In this document: in pieces, positions 36,530 to 48,520 of the stretch
Numbering within the stretch: position 1 is the stretch's first letter
Layout: each line of letters begins with the position of its first letter
Source: Octopus bimaculoides
Taxonomy: Eukaryota
DNA: 64,000 nucleotides
Direction: 5' to 3'
Assembly (NCBI RefSeq): GCF_001194135.2
Contig: NC_069005.1
Location: 20,987,139-21,051,138, forward strand
Program-made: the position numbers and the translations under genes
Notes under the pieces: generated by a model
Seen by the model: the letters and a program-made list of their open reading frames with translations, nothing else
What the model was told of the DNA's origin: nothing
Databases searched by the model: none

Positions 36530-38056
36530 ACAAGAAAAGGTGGTCGGGTAATGTATATAAGGGATGAATGAGATGAGCACAGAGGATGTTGAACAGGGAT
36601 GGGGAGGTCGGCATGAGTTGATGACTAGCAGTAGAGAGATGGCAGTATGGCATATAATGAGGTTCTGCTTTAATTTCTTATACCAGTAGATAGGAGAGTG
36701 ATGGAGGGATGGGTGCATAGGGTGGTGGTGGTGGTGGGGTGTGGAGTTGGAGGTTGCAAGTGGGGGAAAGTGAGAAACAAATTCCAACAAGAGTGGGAGG
36801 GAGGCATTGATGGTAAGAATGAGGAGTGCATATCAATAAGAAGTAGCTTAGGAGAAGGGTGGGTCTAGTTGTCTGGGAAAGGTACTCAGTTGTGCGCTAG
36901 GCTTTGAAAACAGTCATAATATGCTAGTAGGGCTGAGTGAGTCTTCTTGAGTACTACGTATCACTAATCATCACAGTCCTTTGTCATATCTTCCATGAGG
37001 CTCAGTAACCTGAGCTCAGCCTGCACCCTCTCAGCCCATGTCTCTCTTTTCCATAGGTTCTATCGACTGTGAGTGTTCAGTAATTCTATACACAACTGTT
37101 CTCATTCATATGCATCATATGTCCAAACTAGTGCAGTTGTCTCTTTTGCACACTGCATCTGATTCGTCTTACTCTGTACAGTGATTGGCGTTAGGAAGGG
37201 CATCCAGCTGTAGAAACCAAGCCAAATCAGACTGGAACCTAGTGCAGCTCTTCTACTTGCCAGCTCTGGGTAACCGTCCAACCCATGCCAGCATAGAAAA
37301 CAGACATTAAAGGATGATGATGATGTGCATTTGTTTTGTTTCTTTTACGTTTTTTCCATGCTAGCAGGGGTTAAGCTAATATTGTATTAAGGCATTGTTT
37401 TACAGCTGTTTTTCAAGTAAAGGCTATTTCATTCCATTGTTCTTTGAAGGAACAAAGCCAGCATATGACCCATTGGAAGAGGGTCCATAGCTGAAGGACT
37501 TTTCTGACGTGCAGATGTAAACAAACACACATATGTACATGCATTCACACACAGTGTAGTTGCATAGTTAAGAAGCTCACTGCCGAACCATGTGGTCTTA
37601 GGATCAGTCCTATTGCATTGCACTTTGGGCGAACGTCCTCTACAATGGCCCTGGCACAACCAAAACTTTGTGAGTGGATTTGGTAGATAGAAACTAAAAA
37701 GGCTGGTTGTCTGCATATGTGTGTGAAAGCATGTGGCTTAGTGATTAGGGTATTTGGCATATGATCATAAGGTTGTGAGTTCAATACCAGGTGGTGCATT
37801 GTGTTCTTGAGCAAGATACTTTATTTCTTGTTGCTCCAGTCTACTCAGCTGGTAAAAATGAGTGGTACCTGTAATTCAAAGGGCCAGCCTTGTCACATTC
37901 TGTGTCATGCTGAATCTCCATGAGAACTACATTAAAGAGTAAAGAGTACACATGTCTGTGGAATGCTCAGCCACTTGCGCATTAATTTCATGAGCAGGCT
38001 GTTCTGTTGATCAGGTCAATTGGAAGCCTTGTCATTGTAACTGACAGAGTCCCAGT

Positions 38057-38089
<33 letters not shown>

Positions 38090-38742
38090 CCCTGTCCTTG
38101 TCTTGGCATTGCATGATAATTGTGAGTGAGTGTCGTTTTCATAGAAGCAGGGTCATCNNNNNNNNNNTCCATGCCTGCATAAGTTGGACAGTTTGACAGA
38201 AGCTAGCCAGCTTGACAGAGCTGTCCATACTCCATGTCTGTTTTGGCATGGCTTCTATAGCTGGATGCCCTTCCTAATGCCAACCACTTTACAAAGTGTA
38301 CTAAGTGCTTTTACATAGCACCAGTATGGGTGCTTTTTATATAGCACCAGCACTTACAATCCTGCAGTATTAATGATGCTCAAGTGGAGAGGGATGTAAG
38401 GGACAATCATAATTTTACTTAGTTTGACGTGTCTTTTCAAGCACAGCAAACTGCCAGGAGTCTTGGTCCCCTGTTTTCCTCTCTGTGAATCCCAGTGTTT
38501 GTAGATCCTTTCTCACCACTTCGATATTCTGTGGAAACATGCCTGGCCATGAGAAGATATTACCTTGCTTGGAAACTGATGAGGATTGATGACAGGAAGA
38601 GTATATGGATGTTGAAGATTTGCTGCAGTGAATTCCATCAAACCGATGCAAGCATGGAAAAGTGGGTCTTAAAATGATAGTGTTGGTATATTCATTTGTT
38701 TCAGTTTTATGTTTTTTCATGTTTAGATGGGTTGGCCTGCCA

Positions 38743-38986
38743 GATCTTTACCCTTTGAATGGCAGTAATTTTATTCAGCTGAATACACGTCATTGATTGG
38801 TTGAAATTACCAAAATACGACTACTTTGACACGAAATAATTTTGAAAATATAAACTTTTCTCAACAACACTAAGAGTAAAAGATGTTTTATATGACACAT
38901 TCTACCAGTGTCCGAAGTTTGAAAGTGTTTAGTTACAAAAAATTAATTTTTTGATTAAAATTACTGCCGTTCAAAGGGTAAAGATC
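38743..38986. mobile_element. MITE with about 30-bp TIRs
   Basis: gatctttaccctttgaatggcagtaatttt ... aaaattactgccgttcaaagggtaaagatc. Confidence 0.75.
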
Positions 38987-41873
38987 CTAATGCCTAATGG
39001 AAAACTACCTTCAAGGTTTTTAGTAGTGCAGCCCACCTGATAAAAAGCTTGCCCATGCCTTGGTTTTTATTTTTTTACTTGTTTCAGTCATTTGACTGCG
39101 GCCATGCTGGAGTACTGCTTTAAAGGGTTTTTTAGTCGAAGAAATTGACCCCAGGACTTATTCTTTGTAAGCCTAGTACTTATTCTATCAGTCTCTTTTG
39201 CCGAACTATATTACAGGGACATAAACACACCAACATCAGTTGTCAAACGATGGTGGGGGGACAAACGACACACACACACATACACACATATATATATATA
39301 CATACATACATATACATGGTGGGCTTCTTTCAGTTTCAGTCTACCAAATCCACTCACAAGGCTTTGGTGAGGCAAGGCTATAGTAGAAGACACTTGTCCA
39401 AGGTGCCATGCAGTGGGACTGAACCTGGAACTATGTGGTTAGGAAGCAAGCTTCTCACCACACAGCCATTCTGCGCATTTAACTAATATAATATTGAGAC
39501 GTTTTACAGCTGTTTAAAAAAAAAATAAATGAATAAAATGTTTTATTTCTTACGTCTTGGAAGGCAGAAAGCAGATGACAGAGGAAATGATTGTCATTGC
39601 CTGCAGCTGAACAAATACGCGCGTGCACACACACAGTGTGGTATATATTTATATATCTTTTATTTTTTTTACTTGTTTCAGTCATTGGACAGCGGCCATG
39701 CTTGGGCACCACCTTGAAGGGTTTTTTAGCTAACCGAATCGAATCCAGTACTTTTTTTAAAAACTTGGTACTTCAAATCGCCAAGTCACGGGGGCATAAA
39801 CAAACTAACACAAGTTGTCAAGCGGTGGTGAGAGACAGACACAAAGATACACACATAGATATATATATAAATGTATATATACGGCAGCCTTCTTTCAGTT
39901 TCCGTCTGCCGAATAGAGCTCTGGTCGGTCTTGGGTAGGGGTTATAATAGAAGACACTTTCCCAAGGTGCCACGCAGTGGGACTGAACCCGGATCCATGT
40001 AGTTGGGAAGCAAATCTTTTATCACACATCCAATTTTTATACACACACACCGTTATACATGCATGCATACATATTCATACATATAAAACATTCCACGTAC
40101 GCGCTTTTTATGACCTGGAAAATCTTGGCTATCGATATAAGATCTGGCTCCTGCTGACTAAATACATATCTTTACTCTCTGCTAGCATTCTTCTTATTTT
40201 CTAACCTCTTGTATGTATGCGAGTGTGTTTACAACACCTTTCTTTAAATACATATTTACATACATAATACAAAAGGGATGTAACTCAATAGGCGAACTCT
40301 TCCATTCCATAAATAGTTGAGATGATATAAATAAAAGAAATCCCCCCCCCCTCGAAGANNNNNNNNNNAAGAAATCCCCCCCCCCTCGAAGACAATGCCC
40401 TAGCAAACGAGAGCCCAATGAATGAAAGCAGTAAAATATTATAAGCAATGTAGTTATGTATGTGATATGCAACGTCAATTAAAGCGTTAGCCTTAGTGTT
40501 TACCAAGGGTCCCGTTGTCTGATATTCACCGCCTTCCGCATTCATGGAGTTTTGTGATATTAATCGTAATATCAGCAGCGATTAAACAAACGTCAACTTA
40601 ATATATAAAGTTCTCGTTTTATATTGTATAACTTATATTTATTGTGATACATAACGATGCTGTAATAATTACTCTAACGAATTTTATCTATGCCAGCGAT
40701 AGTATAAACGTTAACAGATATATATATCGATAGATAGATAGATATTGTGCCTGTGTTACAATAGTAAATGTTATAAAAACTTTAGTTCTTCCCCTGTCGG
40801 TCAAAAATAAAGTGAGTTTGAAATATTTCTACAATTGCGTTGTAAAACTAAATGTCTTGCGCTACGATTTATTTTTAGCATTGTACTTGACGTTTTGAGT
40901 TCAAATGCTGGCGAAGTCAACTTAACCTTTTTCATCTTTCATCCTCCTGTGGTCGATCTAATCGACTATATCCTTGAAACCTAAAATCTATCTCTTGTAG
41001 TAATTATTATTATTGGCGAGCTGGCAGAATCGTCGGCACGACGGACAAAATGCTTAACAGCATTTCGTCCGGGTCTTGAACGTTCTGAGTTCAAATTCCG
41101 CCTAGATCTGCCTTTCATCCTTTTCGGGGTCGATAAAATAAGTATCAGTCAAATATTAGGTCGATGTAATCTACTGGTCCCTCTCTCCAAACTTTTCAGG
41201 CCTTGTACCTAAAGTAGAAAGGATTATTATCATTAAATCGACATACCCTTCCTCTGAACTTGCCGGCTTGGTGCCAAAATTTGAAACCACCATTATTATT
41301 ATGACAACTAGATTCTCTGTGTATGCCTGCTGTTTTTGTAATCGGTCCCTGTATTATTCCTTTGTGGCAAAAAGATGGACAAAAACAATCATTATAACTC
41401 AAATTTTAAAATAGTAACGAATGACACGTGTTCAGATTCGAACCCTGGAAGGCAAATTTAGAAAACGATGATGAAAAAAGATGGAAATCAAAATTATGTA
41501 GTAACCCTTGATGTGTTTTCTTTGCGGTATATTTCTTAAAGCTTATACATAAACATATAATAAGTTATATTTTGAACACTTTGTTAGTTTTGTATATAAC
41601 GTAATGTACGTTGTAGTATAAAACTAGGACTTAGTTGTGTTTTTAATATTTCACACACTCATATGATGCGCGTGTGTGTGTGTGTGTGTATATATATATA
41701 TGTAGCTTGCCCTGGATACTGTTTGCTCCGTATCTGTTGGTTAACTTTCGATACCATTGTTCTGTCGTCTTTAAAATTTTGTTCTTTGTTTAAATAAAAC
41801 AATTATTAAAGTGGGGAGTGTATGGAGAGACAAAGGGGAGAGAGAGAGGGAGGCACACGCCACACAACGCGAG

Positions 41874-42191
41874 GTATGTATGTATACCCACCCTTACAAC
41901 AGTCTGTGACATTATAAGGTGGGAAGGAAGGCTGAGGGAAGCGGCTGATGGTGAGGAGAGGACTTTGCCAGGTCTGTGATACAATAACAGGAAGTAGAAA
42001 GGAAAAAAAAGAAGCTGTACTAAGCAAATTAGAATAGGAGGATAAGGTAGTTGTTTGTGGAGGATGAAGTTGGCGTAGTTGGCGAAGAAAAATAATTTGT
42101 CAGATTTACCTCCCCTTGATTTGTAAACCTCACTTCTGTAAATTCTGTATTAATAAAGCACTGCCTTCTTCACTCTGTTTCTCCTGTGTAG
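41874..42191 (+). other. Predicted 5'UTR intron of the PTPN gene
   Basis: Donor GAG|gtatgt at 41874; acceptor cttcttcactctgtttctcctgtgtag ending at 42191; 388 nt of UTR then precede the ATG. Confidence 0.55.
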
Positions 42192-42357
42192 GTCATTAGA
42201 TTGGTCTCGGAACACTACTATTACCAGTAATTGATCTATCAAGACATTCGAATGACCGAAAGGCCTATCAAAGAGTTCTTATTTTTAGTTCGTCATTTAG
42301 TTTAGATTACTTTTTCACCTAATTACTTTGCTGTCGTCGTCAGCCTTTCTGCTGGCC

Positions 42358-42492
42358 ATGGTGCTTGTATTTCCGCCGACCACGCTCGGCAATGTTCGGG
42401 TTACCTCGGAAATACATTGTCAACACAAAGATGGAAGCCGAACATGGTATGTAGTGAAGGCTGACCTTATCTCTTCATCTCTTCATTCTTGA
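42358..42492 (+). promoter_or_regulatory. 44-codon upstream ORF in the PTPN 5'UTR
   Basis: gccATGG strong Kozak context; MVLVFPPTT...SSLHS-stop ends 87 nt before the main ATG. Confidence 0.35.
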
Positions 42493-42579
42493 AATACTAA
42501 AGCAACCAGCCACGCCGACCTCTAACTAAGCGATTATTAACGTTTGTTAGATGAGTGAGGGAAAGTCTACAGTGCAAAA

Positions 42580-45500
42580 ATGCCGTTTAATTTCAAGTTA
42601 AAACGTACGAAACGTTATGAAGTATCGTCGAAGTACGAGTTTGTTGTTGGGGTGCACATGCTAGACAACTCCTACTTGGAATGTTCACTGAAAGCTGACA
42701 GTACCGGACACGATTGTCTCGGAACTATTGCCCATATGTTAAAACTGGAGGAGTTCGAATACTTTGGATTTCGTTACGTGACCAAAAAACTCCAATTCCA
42801 CTGGATTAACCTGGACAAAGCACTAAAGAAGCAGCTGGACAAACACGCTCACATTCCACGTCTCTACTTTGGTGTGATGTTTTACATATCGACTGCCCAC
42901 AGGATTGACGATAACCGAGCTCGCTACAATTATTTCCTACAACTGAAATCCGATGTGTTAGACAGTCGAATCTCATGTTCCAGCGAACAGGCCATCAGGC
43001 TGGCAGCCTACTACCTCCAGGCCGAATTGGGACACCATGATTCGGAACAGCACACAGTCGAGATGTTTAGAGACGTGCAAATTCTTCCCAAACATATGAC
43101 AAAGGACGATAGTATTACGACCGATCTGCTGCAAGATGTACTCTTTCTCCACAATAGTTTGATCGGGTTACATCCTATGGTCGCTGTCATACATTATATT
43201 AAACTGGCTCAAACCCTCGACGGATACGGTATGGAATACTACACTGCTAAGGATGATTCTGGTAAGGAATTATATTTAGGAACTTCCAACAACGGTATTT
43301 TCGCTCGTTATCTTAATGGTCAGCAAGCTTTATCTTTTCGTTGGTCTGTTGTTGCTCATATTGGCCAAAATAAAAAATGTGTTATTATCGATACCCAAAA
43401 GACTTCAATACAATATTATTTAGAAGACACAGAAATGGCTAAATATTTTCAACAAATTGCATGTCTTTTACAGAAATTTTATAAATCATTCAAACCAAAT
43501 AGCTGCAGTTTAACAGATTTAAGTGACATGGGTTCTATAAGTTCTGCTCAAGATTTCCAAGTGGCCCCCACTAACCTTCCGTTAGATTCAGTCGATCCTG
43601 CTGACCCAAACACTGCTTTATATTCTCACAGTCCAAACTATGCGATGGATATGCAGCCCGGTGTGACGAAAGAGAATTTCTGTAATACGCAACCGGGTGT
43701 TGACAGCTTCGCCCCTGACGTTGTTGCACAGCACTACGTGAACCAAACGTCAGATCCATCCCAAGTCGCTAACAATGTGTCATATCCTACACAAATCTCC
43801 GCTCCGGCGCATGTATCTCAACAACAGGACCTCACCTACCGCCAAGCCATGCTTCCGGCTTATCGCCCTAGTCCCGACTATAATCAACTAATGCGTCAAC
43901 GCATTGACAATTCGCTACAGATCAACACTTCCTCCTCCTCCCAACAGTCTCAGCCAGTTTACACAACAGCAATTACAACACCAGTTGTTCTACCACAGCA
44001 AGTAGTGACTACTTTAACCAGTTACACAGACAACATCCCTCACTATGCCAACATCATACAACAGGACTCAAGATACGTAGATTATCAATCAAATTCTTGG
44101 TATAACAATTTCATAGTGAAGCCGACACACAGTTCACCCGAGCTGAACACAGTTGCCACACAAGGAATGCCAGGTCGGGATTACATAGCTGAAGACTTCA
44201 TGCATGATAAAGTGTACTACAAACCGCCTCCTCCTCCACCATCTCCACCACCACCATATCCTCGCGTGAGCAGCAGCACACCAGACCTAGCTGCACAGAC
44301 TGTCCAAATGAACATCAATTACAGCCCAGACTTAGTCTCACGAAAGAACCTCGGTCCCATCTCTTTCGCTGTCCAATCGAAACTTGACAAAAGTTTGGAG
44401 AATCTTGCAGCGGCAGTCAATGAAGTGAGTGTCTCTGATGCTGACAGTTTGTGTAGTTGTAATTCAAACCAGACCGGCTGCAGCACCAAAGACACAGACA
44501 AAGACTTTGAAGACCAGCAAATACCAAGTGAAATTGAAAAAAACAACATCCACGTCCGTTACATTGCTCCAGAAGAGGCTCCCCCTCCTTCTAAATCTAA
44601 AGAAGTTGCCACGCTTCGAGAAAGTTTCAGGAGAATGATGATTGCACGTTCTAGTCCAGCTTGTCTTGGTCGCTTTAAAGAAAAAGCAAAAAAAAGTAGG
44701 CAAGACCAAATACGCGAAGATGATGACGATGATGTCATTGATGATGATGATGATGTTATTACCAATGTCAAAAATGATGAAAGATGTGAAAGTGCTTCGA
44801 GTAATTCATCTTCATTGCTGCAACAGAACAAGGACTCCGACGGGGAAGCTGCTGTAGTTGTACCTGCAGGTCAGGCTGTAGCAGAGAGTGTTCAAACTAA
44901 CAAAACTGAACTAACGACTGATCGAGGGACGGAGCTTCAAAACAACGAAAACCATGATGATGATGTGATGAAACATCAGAACATTGGCCCTTTAAAAATG
45001 GCTGCTATGAATGGATTAACCCTCTCTCGTCCCATAATTTTATCAGCAAGTGAAGATGAGATTCGAGCTCCAAAAGATGAGAGACGTAAGATGCTTGAGG
45101 GTAAAGTTTCGGAAGGATGTGTTCTTGCAGAATTTGAACAAATTGCCAAGAAGGCACCGAACATGGAATGTAGCATTGGTCAGAAGCCAGAAAATGAATC
45201 TAAAAATCGGTTTCCAGATGTCCTACCTTATGATGAGACACGTGTGGAATTATCAGTCACTAAAAATAATGTTCATGGTTATATAAATGCCTCTCACATG
45301 AAGGTGAATCTTGGAGTATTGGAATGGTCATTCATTGCAACTCAGGCCCCACTTGAGAACACAGCTCAAGATTTTTGGCAAATGATTTGGGAACAAGAGA
45401 TAGATGTAATAGCCATGTTAACTGGCATCAAAGAACAAGGAAAACAAAAATGTTACCCATATTGGCCCCAGGAACCAGGCTCTGATCACAAACTTCGGTT

Positions 45501-45954
45501 TGGCCGATATGAAATTGAATTACAATTCAGTAACAATTCCTGGTGTTATTTCACAAACCGTATTTCCATTAAAGAGAGGTCTACTGGAACAGAACGACTA
45601 GTGTGGCACCTGCAGTACACTGACTGGCCAGATCATGGATGTCCAGAGGATACTTATGGATTCCTTGGCTACTTGGATGAAGTTGAATCAGTGCAACGTC
45701 TAGCTGAAAGTGAAGAAGGTAGTGGAAAAAAGTCCCCTATCGTTGTGCACTGCAGTGCTGGTGTTGGACGGACTGGTGTGGTTTTACTATCAATTATAAT
45801 GAAATCCTGTTTGGAACACAACCTTAATGTTGATATTCCTCTTGTACTGGCCAGACTACGCCAGCAACGGATGTACACTGTCCAGACACTTGGACAATAC
45901 AGCTTCGTCTACAAAACTTTGATTCGTTACTTGAAAAATACTCGGCTTATTTAG
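42580..45954 (+). CDS. PTPN14: FERM-domain non-receptor tyrosine phosphatase, PTPN14/PTPN21 (Pez) orthologue; intronless CDS, 1124 aa
   Basis: N-terminus MPFNFKLKRTKRY (human MPFGLKLRRTRRY); FERM domain; linker motifs PAYRPSPDY, PPPPYPRVSSSTPDLA, SPDLVSRK; PTP motifs KNRFPDVLPYD, DFWQMIWEQ, WPDHG, VHCSAGVGRTG, QRMYTVQT; C-terminus TRLI. Equally related to PTPN21. Confidence 0.97.
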   Translation: MPFNFKLKRTKRYEVSSKYEFVVGVHMLDNSYLECSLKADSTGHDCLGTIAHMLKLEEFEYFGFRYVTKKLQFHWINLDKALKKQLDKHAHIPRLYFGVMFYISTAHRIDDNRARYNYFLQLKSDVLDSRISCSSEQAIRLAAYYLQAELGHHDSEQHTVEMFRDVQILPKHMTKDDSITTDLLQDVLFLHNSLIGLHPMVAVIHYIKLAQTLDGYGMEYYTAKDDSGKELYLGTSNNGIFARYLNGQQALSFRWSVVAHIGQNKKCVIIDTQKTSIQYYLEDTEMAKYFQQIACLLQKFYKSFKPNSCSLTDLSDMGSISSAQDFQVAPTNLPLDSVDPADPNTALYSHSPNYAMDMQPGVTKENFCNTQPGVDSFAPDVVAQHYVNQTSDPSQVANNVSYPTQISAPAHVSQQQDLTYRQAMLPAYRPSPDYNQLMRQRIDNSLQINTSSSSQQSQPVYTTAITTPVVLPQQVVTTLTSYTDNIPHYANIIQQDSRYVDYQSNSWYNNFIVKPTHSSPELNTVATQGMPGRDYIAEDFMHDKVYYKPPPPPPSPPPPYPRVSSSTPDLAAQTVQMNINYSPDLVSRKNLGPISFAVQSKLDKSLENLAAAVNEVSVSDADSLCSCNSNQTGCSTKDTDKDFEDQQIPSEIEKNNIHVRYIAPEEAPPPSKSKEVATLRESFRRMMIARSSPACLGRFKEKAKKSRQDQIREDDDDDVIDDDDDVITNVKNDERCESASSNSSSLLQQNKDSDGEAAVVVPAGQAVAESVQTNKTELTTDRGTELQNNENHDDDVMKHQNIGPLKMAAMNGLTLSRPIILSASEDEIRAPKDERRKMLEGKVSEGCVLAEFEQIAKKAPNMECSIGQKPENESKNRFPDVLPYDETRVELSVTKNNVHGYINASHMKVNLGVLEWSFIATQAPLENTAQDFWQMIWEQEIDVIAMLTGIKEQGKQKCYPYWPQEPGSDHKLRFGRYEIELQFSNNSWCYFTNRISIKERSTGTERLVWHLQYTDWPDHGCPEDTYGFLGYLDEVESVQRLAESEEGSGKKSPIVVHCSAGVGRTGVVLLSIIMKSCLEHNLNVDIPLVLARLRQQRMYTVQTLGQYSFVYKTLIRYLKNTRLI

Positions 45955-46744
45955 CTGCTGGTCAAATCAATGTTAAGGTATTTGGTGCAGTGAATAATTA
46001 GATTATTTTTTGCTGTTTCTCATCTGCATTAAGTATTTTAACACTTACTTAACTATTGTTTTTGTTTCATGCGAATGGTATCCTTGAGTACATCATTAAC
46101 CTCAGTGATTTATTATAGAGATACTCTCTGATATACCTGGACATTTATTCTTATGCCTTAAAATTTTCAAGTATTATACAATAACAAAAACAAAAAAAGA
46201 AATATCTGACAAACATACATCTGCAATTTTATCATAAATCATGTTTTTATATATTTTTGAAGAAAGTCTTTTTATAAATTTGAATTTATATATAATAATG
46301 TTTTTTAAAGAATGTCTACTATTTTATCTGTTTCCAATTCTTCTTTTTAATTTTTGAAATATTTAGTGCAATTTTTCATCCCTATTTTGTTTATTTTAAT
46401 TTTTTTTTAGTTCCTGTAATCCACCCCCCACACACACAACCTCATCCCTCTCTTTAGCATTTATTTATTTTTGTGTTTACTGCACTGGTCAGGAATTTTT
46501 GCCATAATATCTTCTTCCACCAGTGCTTCAATACATACTTATACATANNNNNNNNNNNNNNNNNNNNNNNNNNNNNNNNNNNNNNNNNNNNNNNNNNNNN
46601 NNNNNNNNNNNNNNNNNNNNNNNNNNNNNNNNNNNNNNNNNNNNNNNNNNNNNNNNNNNNNNNNNNNNNNNNNNNNNNNNNNNNNNNNNNNNNNNNNNNN
46701 NNNNNNNNNNNNNNNNNNNNNNNNNNNNNNNNNNNNNNNNNNNN

Positions 46745-46898
46745 TATATGCTAGAAATAGATACCGAATCATCTAACCACGGAAAATATGTTCTCAGTTT
46801 CATTTGTCTTGCCCTTTTACAGTCTGTTGTGTCGCTAAATTTTTACTGAGAACATATTTTTCGTGGTTAGATGATTCGGCATCTATTTCTAGCATATA
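46745..46898. repeat. 54-bp near-perfect inverted repeat (46745-46798 / 46845-46898)
   Basis: Arms are reverse complements with 2 mismatches and a 46-nt loop; the left arm abuts an N gap. Confidence 0.9.
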
Positions 46899-47019
46899 GG
46901 AGTCCACTTTTGCTGATCATTCCTCTTATTTTTGTATGTAATATAATTTTAATCTTCGGATTTTCTTAATATGCTAGACCACTGGTTTTAATTGATTAAT
47001 ATCAATTTCTACCCTTATT

Positions 47020-47025
47020 AATAAA
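47020..47025 (+). terminator. Candidate polyadenylation signal of the PTPN gene (second AATAAA at 47130)
   Basis: AATAAA after an AT-rich stretch about 1.1 kb downstream of the stop; part of the interval is a gap. Confidence 0.3.
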
Positions 47026-47797
47026 TTTCATATATATATATATATATATATATTGTAGACACATGTATAATATCTTCTCTCACCAGTGCCTTGATAATAT
47101 TTATATAACAAAAACAACATTAACAACAGAATAAACACCTTCCCTCTCCCACTATTTCTTCGTCTTGTTTTGGATTTTCTCTCAACGACCAGCTCCCACT
47201 TTGATTGTTGTTTGCAGATGATTGATGGTTAAATAACTGATATCATTTATGTAAATAACTGAAGGAGAAAACTGCCTAACAAATTCAACTATGACCAATT
47301 TTTTTTCAGTCAAATTTTGTAAACTCTTTCAGTGGTTTAACTCTAAGGAATCTCCCTTTCCTTCTCTTCTCTCTCTTTCTCTGCATTTCTCTTTTTTCCT
47401 CTCTCACCATGTCTGCTTGTCTCTCCTTCTGCCTCTCTCTCTCTCTCTCTAAATGTCTGTTTATCTCTGTCTTCTGCCCTTTCTGCCAAAACCATGACAT
47501 AAAAACATCCAGTGTGGGGAGCGGGGAGGAATGGGATGCATAAAAGCTATTACACGTGCCTGTGATTAAATAATTGTTGGATTTTTTTTCTCAGAATGAC
47601 AAACTTTCAGTAACTCCAGCTAAGAAGCTTTTTAGTCTACTAGGCAAGAATGCATGACTTTAAAAAAAATTCTTTTGAAATCCCTCTCTTTTGTTCTNNN
47701 NNNNNNNNNNNNNNNNNNNNNNNNNNNNNNNNNNNNNNNNNNNNNNNNNNNNNNNNNNNNNNNNNNNNNNNNNNNNNNNNNNNNNNNNNNNNNNNNN

Positions 47798-48520
47798 TAT
47801 GTATTGGTTAGAGGTCCTGTTTATGTTTTTATTTCTGCGACGAGTCCCCGGGAGATGGGTAAATGGACAATTAAGCTGTAGACATAATCCGTTACGCTGG
47901 GAATAGCGGCAGATTTTAGGGTTCTGTGTAACGGGTGGTTTTTTGATAATTTGATTTAGTATTTGGTGAGGGTGGTAGTGGTGGGAGTGGCATTGTTTTA
48001 GATTGTGCACTTTGGTGGTAGCGGCTGTTGAGAGTAAGAATTGAACATCTAGTCCCTGGTAAATGAGTGAATTTGCAATCAGTGTCAATGCACAACCTCT
48101 TGTGTAGTGAATAGCAGCATATTTTGGGGTTTCATGTGTAGGCTGTGAGAGCGGCATAGATTTTAATTTGTGTTTGGCAAATTCATTAAGGGGTCTTCAA
48201 GTAAGCATTTAGTTGGTTGATCCCAAATTGGGATGGTAGCAGGTTGAAGCTGTATCTGTTGCTGCTTTTGAGGTGGTTGTTGTGGCTGTAATTGTTGATG
48301 TTGTGGTGATTCTTGTTGCTGCTGTTGAAGATTTGATGGGTGGGCAACAAACTCTGGTTGAATGGTCAGCCATCAATTGTGGTTGAATTAAGGAGTGTTA
48401 AAGGTTAAGGCTGGGTCAGTTGTTCTTGCTGTGGTGGTGGTGGTGGTTGTTGTTGTTTTTCCTGAGGTGGTCCCTGTTGTAGCTGTGATGGTTGTTGTTG
48501 TTGTTGCCAAGGTGGTTGTT
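47798..48520 (-). mobile_element. Degenerate LINE (CR1/L2-like) ORF1 with a Q/P-rich region and two CCCH zinc fingers
   Basis: NPKICCYSLHKRLCIDTDCKFTHLPGTR and NPKICRYSQRNGLCLQLNCPFTHLPGTR (both C-x8-C-x4-C-x3-H) lie in different frames; stops upstream. Confidence 0.6.

Noticed and set aside
43571-45878. Several short ORFs overlapping the PTPN CDS on either strand
   Set aside because: Alternative-frame or antisense shadows of a long coding exon; no independent signals.
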